Assembly (NCBI GenBank): GCA_002269645.1
Contig: NIVC01000187.1
Span: 8,178 to 72,177 of the forward strand
Length of the DNA stretch: 64,000 nucleotides
From: Macrostomum lignano
Taxonomy: Eukaryota
Direction: 5' to 3'
Made by a program: the position numbers and the translations under genes. Below are positions 49,125 to 62,100 of this stretch, one piece after another (position 1 is the first letter of the stretch; the number at the start of each line of letters is the position of its first letter). The notes under the pieces were generated by a model that was not told the DNA's origin, ran no database searches, and was given only the letters and a program-made list of their open reading frames with translations.

Positions 49125-50860
49125 TAGCAATCAATTAAAATGCTATATTTTCAAGCCAGTCAATTTAAGTAAGCTAGAGCCGTTTCTAATATGTTACTAC
49201 TGATTGATTTATTGTGACTTATGTAGTTTATGTTATTTTATATAATTTATGTAATGGAACTGCTTATCCAATTAAGATATCATATCGTACGTGCGTGTAT
49301 TCTTTAATTCAATAAACCACAATAATGAATCACTTGAACTGCTTATGTGGCTGAAGAAGTGTATTATTTTCTGTTTTCACATTTAAGTCTCAGATAAGCC
49401 ACTCCCTTGATTGGTGAAGCTTGGGGGAAGCTGTGAAAGGCTGTGAGCAAATTAACTGGCGGCTCCATCGAATTCGATTATTCTATTTAGATGCATTCAG
49501 CATATTATCTGCGTTAGAGTACTCGAGCACTCATGAGCTCGAGGCACCCGAAATCTGTAGACGCTGCTGGTAAATGTGTACGAGCTACTTTTTTCTTTAC
49601 TCCGACGTTGTAATGCCACGTAACGTCGTCTACGCGCGTCGGCGTAACGAAAAAAAACTACGTTACGTAGTTTGTACTCGACTATTTGGATTATACTATT
49701 TTGATTACACTTTGATTATACTATGGATTATACTATTTGTACTAAACTATTTGGCTGCGAGGTCCATTAAAATCGGGCATGTTGGATGTGTCGGAATGCT
49801 AAACGGTCTTTTGAGCCCCCCAAAAAGCCTGTTTTGCAGTTCATACCGATTCGGAAAAAGCCCAAATCAAAGCGCAGACTGTGTGCGTCAGATACATTCA
49901 TGTGAATGTGAATGTAGTATCCATGTGAATATGGAAGCTCAGGTGTCAGCAGCACAGAAAACTGCACTTGCCTTTCCGCTTGGTTGTGGGTATTGTCGCA
50001 CAACCGGCAAGAGGCATTACTGCCCATCCTGCCGATTCCCCTGAGCAGGCACACAGGCACGCGGATACGTACGCAATCATATCCACAGGCACACACCCAC
50101 ACTTTATTTATCGTTAGACATGTACACTTCCCAGCGTCTTTGAGGTTAAATCCACGAGCAGAGCCAAGCCGAGATTCCAATTTAGTCCCAAAAATTAACG
50201 TGAATGTACTTTAACATCTGAGCGATGCGCTGCACCGCTAGGCTACGGCTCTAGCTCTTAATTTAACCAGCTAGCTCTGTGAGCTCTGTGAATAATGAAT
50301 GACTACTACGACTTGCTCGTATTGGAACGCATGCAGATCTTTTCTGTCAATAAAATGAGCCAATGTCTCAACCGGTAGCCAGTCTGATGATGAGCACTGC
50401 TAACCTCCCTGATCCCTCGCGGGTAAGAAAGTCTGCGGGAGTTCCATGGCTGACCACAGGCCGTTCCAGGTTGGCTGTGGAAAGAAAGCCTTGCCTTGCA
50501 TCAATTTTACCGCAAAATAAAAATATTGAAGCAGACAATTAAAACTGCCTTTTCTGATGAATTCAAAATGCTAACGTACTTAAAATAACTAGGAGTTTTT
50601 CATCTTTCAATCGTATGCTTCACATTGTCTGTTTCACATAGTGCATTATTATTGATTAGAACATCAAGACATACTTACCATGCTGTTAAAAAAACAAATG
50701 ACAAGTGGGATACAAAGACCCAGACCCATGGCTCACAGGTGTATCTAGTTCGTCTCTAAGGAGACTAAAGGGAGTCAAGGGGAGACAGGTATGAATTACG
50801 TATCAATCGTTTGGTATCTGCTTATTTTGCCTTCTATTTCCGCAGCTGTTCACAGCGCTG

Positions 50861-52017
50861 ATGGTCTGCAACCGGGATATCAGAATGCCACTTCCTTACC
50901 AGAAAGTTTACCCTATCTTGCCGTTTTTTGTTTGCATATCTGCGACGCTTCCTCTCTCTCCATCCCCTCTCCTCTCTCCTCCATCTCCTCTCCTCTCTCC
51001 TCCATCCCCTCTCCTCTCTCTCCTCCATCTCCTCTTCTCTCTTTTCCATCTCCTCTCCTCTCTCCTCCATCTCCTCTCCTCTCTCCTCCATCTCCTCTCT
51101 TCTCTCCTCCATCCCCTCTCCTCTCTCTCCTCTCTCTCCTCTCCTCTCTCATCCATCTCCTCTCCTCTCTCCTCCATCCCCTCTCCTCTCTCTCCTCCAT
51201 CTCCTCTCCTCTCTCCTCCATCTCCTCTCCACAACCGGACCTGTCATGAGTTTGTGTGCAACAGGGGGCCGAACGGTTGTAGAAAGTGCAGGAATGCTAT
51301 TCGTGTAGATGCTACCGTGACTCAAGTCTGGGTGAGTACACGTGTCTGCAACACTGATTTTTTCTGTTTTCTCTGGTCTTCTATTACGTTCCAAAATGCT
51401 TTCATAACGCAGATCTGGGCACAACCATTGGGCCAATTCAACTGCTGGAAGACATTCCAGCATCGCGTGAGCAGCAACCTGAGCTTCGATAAGAACTGGA
51501 CCGACTACTCTACTGGATTTGGCTTAGAAGAAGCCGATAATTTCTGGCTGGGCCTTGAGCAGATTCACCAGCTCACCAAACACGGAGGTCGCCGGGTCCG
51601 TTGGGAGCTGAGCGATTGGGACAAAATTGGTACTGGACGGAGAACTTGAACTTCACCGTGTCCGGGCCCAAGGACAAGTACCGAGCTGTCATTGGCGAGT
51701 TTGACTCGGCCGCTTCAAGCATTGGACAGGCCATGACGACTAGCGACATTGGCATCCAGGGTAACCAGTTTTCCACCCCGGACTCCGATAACGATTTGAG
51801 TCCGGATAATTGCGCTTTAGAGCGTCGCGGAGGCTGGTGGTTCGGATATTGTACTTTCTTCAATCCGAACGGCATCTACTTCGACTACCCGACAGCCTTG
51901 AGTGTGCACTACGCCCAGATGCCAATGATGTACCACTGCGTCGGGTGTCCCAGTTCTCTGGGCCAGAGCTACTCGCTGAGAACGGCAGAGTGCATGATTG
52001 AGCACTGGATCCCATGA
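50861..52017 (+). CDS. Fibrinogen-related domain (FReD) protein with a frameshift at ~51625 (pseudogene or assembly error); main exon 51413-52017
   Basis: WKTFQHR..SFDKNWTDYSTGFG..NFWLGLEQIHQLT..RWELSDWD, then in the next frame NWYW..FTVSGPKDKYR..QFSTPDSDND..NCA..RRGGWWFGYC..NPNG. Intron 51332-51412. The 5' structure is uncertain. Confidence 0.75.
50950..51232. repeat. Pyrimidine-rich CTCCTCT/CCATC repeat; a similar patch lies at 52360-52450
   Basis: Read directly. Confidence 0.85.
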
Positions 52018-52477
52018 TACAGGATCTAGAATCGTTTTTAAAAACAAACTGGAGATCAATCCTGATTAACAAGAATAATATCGGACTGTTTGTATAAAAA
52101 CTATTAAAACAAAATAGTTTTTTTTAAATTCCCGGAAACATTTATTATATCCAAACGTGTTTTAACAGACAGAAGCAGCCTCTAGCTTGGCGAGCTGCAT
52201 CGCATGTCGTAAAAAGTTTTTAACTAAATTAAAAAAGTTTCAACTTACGGGCCATCTGACAATTTGAATCATGCGGATATGGACTGCTAATAATTCCCGC
52301 ATTAAATATTTTGTGAGCATCCTAAAAGCGTTGATAAATATGCAAATATTTGTATCACGGCTCTCCTCTCTCCTCCATCTCCTCTCCTCTCTCCTCCATC
52401 CCCTCTCCTCTCCATCCTTCTCCTCTCTTTCCATCCCCTCTCCTTTCTCCCCTTTTCAATGCCTGATTTTGACTCAC

Positions 52478-52884
52478 TGGCAGCAACCCCTAGTCCGTCC
52501 CGGTGCACGCAGGGAATCGAGCACAGGACCTCAGTAGAGTTCGGCAGTGCCAGCGGCAGCAGTGATGAGGAGACCTGGTGCCGTAGGCGGGCGGACCCGC
52601 AGCAGCGCACCAGCTGGTGCAGCGGCAGCTGCTGCAGTCGCGGGTGTCGGTAGGCGCAGTCTCGAGACCGGCCGGCATGGCGAAGGGGCCTCCAGCTTGC
52701 CCGGCTTCGCCTCGGCGAAGATCAGCGGCAGGTCGACGCCGCCGATGTGGGTGACCCGGCAGACGGTGGGACTCAGCTGGCGTCCCCGGCTGTCCAGGAG
52801 GAGGCGCGCCTCGTCCAGGGGGTTCAGCGTCTCCGGAGGTCTTTTCGGAATCGGACTTTTGATTTCTTGTGCGGCTGTCCTTAT
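52478..52884 (-). CDS. Probable exon of an unidentified minus-strand gene, with a frameshift near 52686
   Basis: GC3-rich frame ETLNPLDEARLLLDSRGRQLSPTVCRVTHIGGVDLPLIFAEAKPGKLEA switches to GC3-rich LRHAGRSRDCAYRHPRLQQLPLHQLVRCCGS..VLCSIPCVHRDGLGVAA and ends at a strong donor (GCCA|GTGAGT). Family not recognised. Confidence 0.45.
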
Positions 52885-52914
52885 CTGACCTTTCTTCTCC
52901 GTCGCCCACCCTGT

Positions 52915-53440
52915 GTTGCCCTCTCACCCTCTGTGTTCCCCTCTCACCCTCTGTGTTCCCCTCTCACCCTCTGTGTTCCCCTCTCACCCTCTGTGTTCCC
53001 CTCTCACCCTCTGTGTTCCCCTCTCACCCTCTGTGTTCCCCTCTCACCCTCTGTGTTCCCCTCTCACCCTCTGTGTTCCCCTCTCGCCATGTGTGTGTTC
53101 CCCCCTCACCCTCTGTGTTCCCCTCTCACCCTCTGTGTTCCCCTCTCACCCTCTATGTTCCCCTCTCACCCTCTGTGTTCCCCTCTCACCCTCTGTGTTC
53201 CCCTCTCACCCTCTGTGTTCCCCTCTCACCCTGTGTGTTCCCCTCTCACCCTCTGTGTTCCCCTCTCACTCTATGTGTTCCCCTCTCACCATCTGTGTTC
53301 CCCTCTCACCCTCTGTGTTCCCCTCTCACCCTCTGTGTTCCCCTCTCACCCTCTGTGTTCCCCTCTCACTCTATGTGTTCCCCTCTCACCCTCTATGTTC
53401 CCCTCTCACCCTCTGTGTTCCCCTCTCACCCTCTGTGTTC
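52915..53440. repeat. 20-bp tandem repeat (CCCTCTCACCCTCTGTGTTC)n
   Basis: Read directly. Confidence 0.95.
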
Positions 53441-53754
53441 TATCACAGATAGAACACAAGAATATTTATCTTTGTCTTAATTATAAGTACCTGAAAATGA
53501 ATATTGACTACATCTCTTTGCTATCTGATCAGTGAGCCAAGCAATTTGTTTTTTACTTGTTCATCCTGTCAAAACTGAGACTTTGAAATTATTTTAAAGG
53601 ACTTTTTAAAGAGTGAACTAGAAGAAAATCATACCAGCGTACTGAATATACTACTGATACACAGATACTAAGTAGGGGATCGAAGTGAAACAAAGTAGAT
53701 CTCAGAAATACATGCACAGTATTAGACTATGATTTATTTATTCATAGTTCTATG

Positions 53755-54640
53755 GATGAATCGCCCCAACCATAGAATCGCCCAACCATAGAATCGCCAC
53801 AACCATAGAATCGCCCCAACCATAGAATCGCCCCAACCATAGAATCGCCCAACCATAGAATCGCCACAACCATAGAATTGCCCCAACCATAGAATCACCC
53901 CAACCATAGAATCGCCCAACCATAGAATCGCCACAACCATAGAATCGCCCCAACCATAGAATCGCCCCAACCATAGAATCGCCCCAACCATAGAATCGCC
54001 CCAACCATAGAATCGCCCCAACCATAGAATCGCCCCAACCATAGAATCGCCCCAACCATAGAATCGCCCCAACCATAGAATTGCCCCAACCATAGAATCG
54101 CCCCAACCATAGAATCGCCCCAACCATAGAATTGCCCCAACCATAGAATCGCCCCAACCATAGAATCGCCCCAACCATAGAATCGCCCCAACCATAGAAT
54201 CGCCCAACCATAGAATCGCCACAACCATAGAATCGCCCCAACCATAGAATCGCCCCAACCATAGAATCGCCCCAACCATAGAATCGCCCCAACCATAGAA
54301 TTACCCCAACCATAGAATCGCCCCAACCATAGAATCGCCCCAACCATAGAATCGCCCCAACCATAGAATCGCCACAACCATAGAATCGCCCCAACCATAG
54401 AATCGCCCCAACCATAGAATCGCCCCAACCATAGAATCGCCCCAACCATAGAATTGCCCCAACCATAGAATCGCCCCAACCATAGAATCGCCCCAACCAT
54501 AGAATCGCCCCGATCATAGAATCGCCTCAACCACAGAATCGCCCCAACCATAGAATCGCCCCAACCATAGAATCGCCCCAACCACAGAATCGCCCCAACC
54601 ACAGAATCGCCCCAACTTTAGAATTACCCCAAACACAGAA
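53755..54640. repeat. 17-bp tandem repeat (CATAGAATCGCCCCAAC)n
   Basis: Read directly. Confidence 0.95.
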
Positions 54641-54714
54641 TCGGGGGACAACCAAGCACAATAACCCACCACAACCCGAAAACCTACTAAGCAAGCCATT
54701 TGCTGAAATTCCAG

Positions 54715-55161
54715 CCCAGCATCCTGGCTTCAATTCTGCATTTTGACAATCCCATTCGTGATCTGCGTGATTGACTTCCCAATAGAGCGCTACGCCATCT
54801 TTTCCTTGGCCTTCAATGCCGTCTGCGTGGTGACCTACCTCGGCTGCCTGCTGCACAAGAGCCTGTCTCAGGGGTCTGCTGCCTCATCAACTCTGCCCAT
54901 CACTACTCATGCCATAGCTGACAATGGAGCGAAGAAGCTATCCAGACCTCCGTACAATGACTTGCTGGCGATCTACCGATCCATAGTGTACATCAGCACG
55001 ACTGTGTGCATCTTCGCTAGGGACCAGCCCTGCTGGAATAACGATTTCAGCAAGACGCTCAATTTCGGCACAGGGCTGATGGACGTGGGCATCGGCTGTT
55101 TTGTGATCTGCATCGGGTCGCTTGGGCCGACCGCTAATCAGCCGATCGATAGGGTGGATAA
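54715..55161 (+). CDS. PIGW: Internal exon of a PIG-W/GWT1-like GPI inositol acyltransferase (partial gene)
   Basis: LAIYRSIVYISTTVCIFARDQPCWNNDFSKTLNFGTGLMDVGIGCFV aligns with the GWT1/PIGW motif ..YR....T..AILAVDF..FPRRFAK.E..GT..MD.GVG.FV. Acceptor TTCCAG at 54714 and donor GATAA|GTGAGC at 55161. A possible upstream exon lies at 53449-53531. Remaining exons not seen. Confidence 0.7.
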
Positions 55162-55322
55162 GTGAGCCTGTCAATCTCATAAAATATCACGCTTTTGATT
55201 CAATAATCAGGCTGTTAAAACGGAATCATTTCACCTCTTAGAGTCACACTTGAAGTAGAATACCATGCCTTTTCCTAATAATTTTACCCAGATAGTCTTA
55301 TTGCTAGATAATCCACTGATCC

Positions 55323-56088
55323 TCAGAACCCAGAGAGAATCACACCTCCGAGAGAATCACACCTCAGAGAGAATCACACCTCAGAGAGAATCACACCAAC
55401 AGAGAGAATCACACCTCAGAGAGAATCACACCTCAGAGAGAATCACACCTCAGAGAGAATCACACCTCAGAGAGAATCACACCACAGAGAGAATCACACC
55501 ACAGAGAGAATAACACCTCAGAGAGAATCACACCACAGAGAGAATAACACCTCAGAGAGAATCACACCTCAGAGAGAATCACACCTCAGAGAGAATCACA
55601 CCTCACAGAGAATCACACCTCACAGAGAATCACACCTCAGAGAGAATCACACCAACAGAGAGAATCACACCTGAGAGAATCACACCTCAGAGAGAATCAC
55701 ACCACAGAGAGAATAACACCTCAGAGAGAATCACACCTCAGAGAGAATCACACCTCAGAGAGAATCACACCTCACAGAGAATCACACCTCACAGAGAATC
55801 ACACCTCAGAGAATCACACCTCACAGAGAATCACACCTCAGAGAATCACACCTCAGAGAGAATCACACCACAGAGAGAATCACACCTCAGAGAGAATCAC
55901 ACCTCAGAGAGAATCACACCTCAGAGAGAATCACACCTCAGAGAGAATCACACCTCAGAGAGAATCACACCTCAGAGAGAATCACACCTCAGAGAGAATC
56001 ACACCTCAGAGAGAATCACACCTCAGAGAGAATCACACCTCAGAGAGAATCAAACCTCAGAATCACACCTCAGAATCACACCTCACAC
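55323..56088. repeat. 17-bp tandem repeat (CACACCTCAGAGAGAAT)n
   Basis: Read directly. Confidence 0.95.
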
Positions 56089-56158
56089 CTAATTTAATTG
56101 CCGATATTTCGAATTCAGGGCTGTAAGTTAAGAGCTACAAATATAGGCAGAGAGAGAC

Positions 56159-56193
<35 letters not shown>

Positions 56194-56419
56194 GGATGGC
56201 ACCTCCAATCTCAGGCACTGACACGGTAGAAAGGACTGGAAAAAGTCAGTTCAATTGAATTGCCGATATTCCAAATTATTGTATTTCTTCGTCAGGTCAA
56301 GTGAAAATTAGCGACAAGTGGCGTTGTAAAAGTTACTAGATAGGCGAGGTTAGAGGGGAGAGAGAGTAGACAGGTGGATAGAGAGCGTACGGTAAGTATG
56401 TACACAATTGGTGTGAGTC

Positions 56420-56635
56420 GAGACAGAGAGACAGAAAAAGAGGGGAGAGAGATGGGAGGAGACAGAGAGAGGGGGAGAGAGATGGGAAGAGACAGAGAGA
56501 GAGGGGAGAGAGATGGGAAGAGACAGAGAGAGGGGGAGAGAGATGGGAAGAGACAGAGAGGGGGAGAGAGATGGGAGGAGACAGAGAGAGGGGAGAGAGA
56601 TGGGAGGAGACAGAGAGAGGGGGAGACAGGGGAGG
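56420..56635. repeat. Purine-rich GATGGGAAGAGACAGAGA-type repeat, same family as 59125-64000
   Basis: Read directly. Confidence 0.85.
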
Positions 56636-56823
56636 CAAAGTGAGACAAGAAGAAAAAACGCATTTTATTAAGGCACAAACACGCATGAAATTTATTTTTG
56701 ATTTTAACTGTGCGCAATAAAAACAAAGCACAAGTACACACAAAATCATAAATAAAAAATTTTTGCATTTACAAAATTCTGTTTGCTGCTTATATAAAAG
56801 ATTAAGCTTACTGCAATCAAGAT

Positions 56824-58712
56824 AGCAAACAGCCATGGAAAAGTGCAAGTTAACCATTTGGAAGCCAGAGGCCTGCACTGTGTCAGCAAACAGCCATGGA
56901 AAAGTGCAAGTTCACCATTTGGAAGCCAGAGGCCTGCACTGTGTCAGCAAACAGCCATGGAAAAGTGCAAGTTAACCATTTGGAAGCCAGAGGCCTGCAC
57001 TGTGTCAGCAAACAGCCATGGAAAAGTGCAAGTTAACCATTTGGAAGCCAGAGGCCTGCACTGTGTCAGCAAACAGCCATGGAAAAGTGCAAGTTAACCA
57101 TTTGGAAGCCAGAGGCCTGCACTGTGTCAGCAAACAGCCATGGAAAAGTGCAAGTTAACCATTTGGAAGCCAGAGGCCTGCACTGTGTCAGCAAACAGCC
57201 ATGGAAAAGTGCAAGTTTACCATTTGGAAGCCAGAGGCCTGCACTGTGTCAGCAAACAGCCATGGAAAAGTGCAAGTTAACCATTTGGAAGCCAGAGGCC
57301 TGCACTGTGTCAGCAAACAGCCATGGAAAAGTGCAAGTTAACCATTTGGAAGCCAGAGGCCTGCACTGTGTCAGCAAACAGCCATGGAAAAGTGCAAGTT
57401 AACCATTTGGAAGCCAGAGGCCTGCACTGTGTCAGCAAACAGCCATGGAAAAGTGCAAGTTAACCATTTGGAAGCCAGAGGCCTGCACTGTGTCAGCAAA
57501 CAGCCATGGAAAAGTGCAAGTTAACCATTTGGAAGCCAGAGGCCTGCACTGTGTCAGCAAACAGCCATGGAAAAGTGCAAGTTAACCATTTGGAAGCCAG
57601 AGGCCTGCACTGTGTCAGCAAACAGCCATGGAAAAGTGCAAGTTAACCATTTGGAAGCCAGAGGCCTGCACTGTGTCAGCAAACAGCCATGGAAAAGTGC
57701 AAGTTAACCATTTGGAAGCCAGAGGCCTGCACTGTGTCAGCAAACAGCCATGGAAAAGTGCAAGTTAACCATTTGGAAGCCAGAGGCCTGCACTGTGTCA
57801 GCAAACAGCCATGGAAAAGTGCAAGTTTACCATTTGGAAGCCAGAGGCCTGCACTGTGTCAGCAAACAGCCATGGAAAAGTGCAAGTCAACCATTTGGAA
57901 GCCAGAGGCCTGCACTGTGTCAGCAAACAGCCATGGAAAAGTGCAAGTTAACCATTTGGAAGCCAGAGGCCTGCACTGTGTCAGCAAACAGCCATGGAAA
58001 AGTGCAAGTTAACCATTTGGAAGCCAGAGGCCTGCACTGTGTCAGCAAACAGCCATGGAAAAGTGCAAGTTAACCATTTGGAAGCCAGAGGCCTGCACTG
58101 TGTCAGCAAACAGCCATGGAAAAGTGCAAGTTAACCATTTGGAAGCCAGAGGCCTGCACTGTGTCAGCAAACAGCCATGGAAAAGTGCAAGTTAACCATT
58201 TGGAAGCCAGAGGCCTGCACTGTGTCAGCAAACAGCCATGGAAAAGTGCAAGTTAACCATTTGGAAGCCAGAGGCCTGCACTGTGTCAGCAAACAGCCAT
58301 GGAAAAGTGCAAGTTAACCATTTGGAAGCCAGAGGCCTGCACTGTGTCAGCAAACAGCCATGGAAAAGTGCAAGTTAACCATTTGGAAGCCAAAGGCCTG
58401 CACTGTGTCAGCAAACAGCCATGGAAAAGTGCAAGTTAACCATTTGGAAGCCAAAGGCCTGCACTGTGTCAGCAAACAGCCATGGAAAAGTGCAAGTTAA
58501 CCATTTGGAAGCCAGAGGCCTGCACTGTGTCAGCAAACAGCCATGGAAAAGTGCAAGTTAACCATTTGGAAGCCAGAGGCCTGCACTGTGTCAGCAAACA
58601 GCCATGGAAAAGTGCAAGTTAACCATTTGGAAGCCAGAGGCCTGCACTGTGTCAGCAAACAGCCATGGAAAAGTGCAAGTTAACCATTTGGAAGCCAAAG
58701 GCCTGCACTGTA
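56824..58712. repeat. 61-bp highly homogeneous tandem repeat, ~31 copies
   Basis: Unit GCAAACAGCCATGGAAAAGTGCAAGTTAACCATTTGGAAGCCAGAGGCCTGCACTGTGTCA. No spacers. Confidence 0.97.
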
Positions 58713-59124
58713 TCAGAGTTCAAAACGCTGATATGCTATTACAAACTTATCGTAGATATTTAATGTTAGACCCACCCATTTGCCTGCACTAAAACAGCCA
58801 CGCAGACAATGCATGCCCTCTCTGTGTTAATTTATATAACTACCTAACTATGCAAAAAAGCACATAAGATTTGTGAGGCGGAAAAATATCACGCCACCAC
58901 CCCAACACTGCCCCCGAGCACAATGCCGAGCATTATGAATACAATGCAATTAAAAGAGCCGAGGCTCTCCACTGCCGAGTTTAGTAGAGTTTGAGCTCAA
59001 ACTAAGAAAAGGACTTGTCTCAGTTCTTTGAAGCTTCTGTCTGTCGTGGCAGAGGGGTAGCAGGCGTGTAAGGTAGTTGGCGTGAGAGGCCTTTCAGAGA
59101 CTACCGATAAACCACCTGTTACAG

Positions 59125-62100
59125 GAGGAGACAGAGAGAGGGGGGAGATGGGAAGAGACAGAGAGAGGGGGGAGATGGGAAGAGACAGAGAGAGGGGAGA
59201 GAGATGGGAAGAGACAGAGAGAGGGGAGGGATGGGAAGAGACAGAGAGAGGGGGAGAGAGAGAGGGGGAGAGAGAGATGGAAAGAGACAGAGGGAGGGGA
59301 GAGATGGGAAGAGACAGAGAGGGGGGAGGGATGGGAAGAGACAGAGAGAGGGGGAGAGAGATGGGAAGAGACAGAGAGAGGGGAGAGATGGGAAGAGACA
59401 GAGAGAGGGGGAGATGGGAAGAGACAGAGAGAGGGGAGGGAGATGGGAAGAGACAGAGAGAGGGGAGAGAGATGGGAAGAGACAGAGAGGGAGAGAGAGA
59501 TGGGAAGAGACAGAGAGGGGAGAGAGAGATGGGAAGAGACAGAGAGAGGGGGAGAGATGGGAAGAGACAGAGAGAGGGGAGGGATGGGAAGAGACAGAGA
59601 GAGGGGAGAGATGGGAAGAGACAGAGAGAGGGGAGAGAGATGGGAAGAGAGAGAGAGGGGGAGAGAGATGGGAAGAGACAGAGAGAGGGGAGAGATGGGA
59701 AGAGACAGAGAGGGGAGAGAGATGGGAAGAGACAGAGAGAGGGGAGAGAGATGGGAAGAGACAGAGAGAGGGGAGAGAGATGGGAAGAGACAGAGAGAGG
59801 GGAGAGATGGGAAGAGACAGAGAGAGGGGAGAGAGATGGGAAGAGACAGAGAGAGGGGAGAGATGGGAAGAGACAGAGAGAGGGGGAGAGAGATGGGAAG
59901 AGACAGAGAGAGGGGAGAGAGATGGGAAGAGACAGAGAGAGAGGGGAGAGAGATGGGAAGAGACAGAGAGGGGAGAGAGAGATGGGAAGAGACAGAGAGA
60001 GGGGAGAGATGGGAAGAGACAGAGAGGGGAGAGAGATGGGAAGAGACAGAGAGAGGGGAGAGAGATGGGAAGAGACAGAGAGAGGGGAGAGAGATGGGAA
60101 GAGACAGAGAGAGGGAGAGAGAGATGGGAAGAGACAGAGAGAGGGAGAGAGAGATGGGAAGAGACAGAGAGAGGGGAGAGAGATGGGAAGAGACAGAGAG
60201 GGGGGAGGGATGGGAAGAGACAGAGAGAGGGGAGAGAGATGGGAAGAGACAGAGAGGGGAGAGAGAGATGGGAAGAGACAGAGAGGGGAGAGAGATGGGA
60301 AGAGACAGAGAGAGAGGGGAGAGAGATGGGAAGAGACAGAGAGGGGAGAGAGAGATGGGAAGAGACAGAGAGAGGGGAGAGATGGGAAGAGACAGAGAGG
60401 GGAGAGAGATGGGAAGAGACAGAGAGAGGGGAGAGAGATGGGAAGAGACAGAGAGAGGGGAGAGAGATGGGAAGAGACAGAGAGAGGGAGAGAGAGATGG
60501 GAAGAGACAGAGAGAGGGGAGAGAGATGGGAAGAGACAGAGAGAGGGGAGAGAGATGGGAAGAGACAGAGAGAGGGGAGAGAGATGGGAAGAGACAGAGA
60601 GAGGGGGAGAGATGGGAAGAGACAGAGAGGGGGAGGGTTGGGAAGAGACAGAGAGGGGAGAGAGATGGGAAGAGACAGAGAGGGGAGAGAGAGATGGGAA
60701 GAGACAGAGAGAGGGGAGAGATGGGAAGAGACAGAGAGGGGGAGAGAGATGGGAAGAGACAGAAGAGGGAGAGAGATGGGAAGAGACAGAGAGAGGGGAG
60801 AGAGATGGGAAGAGACAGAGAGAGGGGAGAGATGGGAAGAGACAGAGAGGGGAGAGAGATGGGAAGAGACAGAGAGAGGGGGAGAGATGGGAAGAGACAG
60901 AGAGGGGGGAGGGATGGGAAGAGACAGAGAGAGGGGAGAGAGATGGGAAGAGACAGAGAGAGGGGAGAGAGATGGGAAGAGACAGAGAGAGGGGGAGAGA
61001 GATGGAAAGAGACAGAGAGAGGGGGAGAGATGGGAAGAGACAGAGAGGGGGGAGGGATGGGAAGAGACAGAGAGGGGAGAGAGATGGGAAGAGACAGAGA
61101 GGGGAGAGAGATGGGAAGAGACAGAGAGAGGGAGAGATGGGAAGAGACAGAGAGAGGGAGAGAGATGGGAAGAGACAGAAGAGGGAGAGAGATGGGAAGA
61201 GACAGAGAGAGGGGAGAGAGATGGGAAGAGACAGAGAGGGGAGAGAGAGATGGGAAGAGACAGAGAGGGGGAGAGATGGGAAGAGACAGAGAGAGGGGGA
61301 AGATGGGAAGAGACAGAGAGGGGGAGAGATGGGAAGAGACAGAGAGAGGGGAGAGAGATGGGAAGAGACAGAGAGAGGGGAGAGAGATGGGAAGAGACAG
61401 AGAGAGGGGAGAGAGATGGGAAGAGACAGAGAGAGGGGAGAGAGATGGGAAGAGACAGAGAGAGGGGAGAGATGGGAAGAGACAGAGAGAGGGGGAGAGA
61501 GATGGGAAGAGACAGAGAGGGGGAGAGAGATGGGAAGAGACAGAGAGAGGGGAGAGAGATGGGAAGAGACAGAGAGAGGGAGAGAGATGGGAAGAGACAG
61601 AGAGAGGGGAGAGAGATGGGAAGAGACAGAGAGAGGGGAGAGATGGGAAGAGACAGAGAGAGGGGGAGAGAGATGGGAAGAGACAGAGAGAGGGGAGAGA
61701 GATGGGAAGAGACAGAGAGAGGGGGAGAGAGATGGGAAGAGACAGAGAGGTGGAGAGAGATGGGAAGAGACAGAGAGAGGGGAGAGAGATGGGAAGAGAC
61801 AGAGAGGGGAGAGAGATGGGAAGAGACAGAGAGAGGGGAGAGATGGGAAGAGACAGAGAGGGGAGAGAGATGGGAAGAGACAGAGAGAGGGGAGAGAGAT
61901 GGGAAGAGACAGAGAGAGGGAGAGAGATGGGAAGAGACAGAGAGAGGGAGAGAGATGGGAAGAGACAGAGAGAGGGGAGAGAGATGGGAAGAGACAGAGA
62001 GGGGGGAGGGATGGGAAGAGACAGAAGAGGGGAGAGAGATGGGAAGAGACAGAGAGAGGGGAGAGAGATGGGAAGAGACAGAGAGGGGAGAGAGAGATGG

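Noticed and set aside
50144-50268. Small element with 8-bp GGTTAAAT inverted ends and an A-box-like motif
   Set aside because: The inverted repeat is too short, with no TSD and no B box. Probably a SINE fragment or chance.
50383-50440. CTGATGA as a further hammerhead core
   Set aside because: No stem II followed by GAAA, and no cleavage triplet at the proper spacing.
56824-58712. Possible CRISPR array
   Set aside because: Units are contiguous and identical with no unique spacers, the context is eukaryotic and there are no cas genes.
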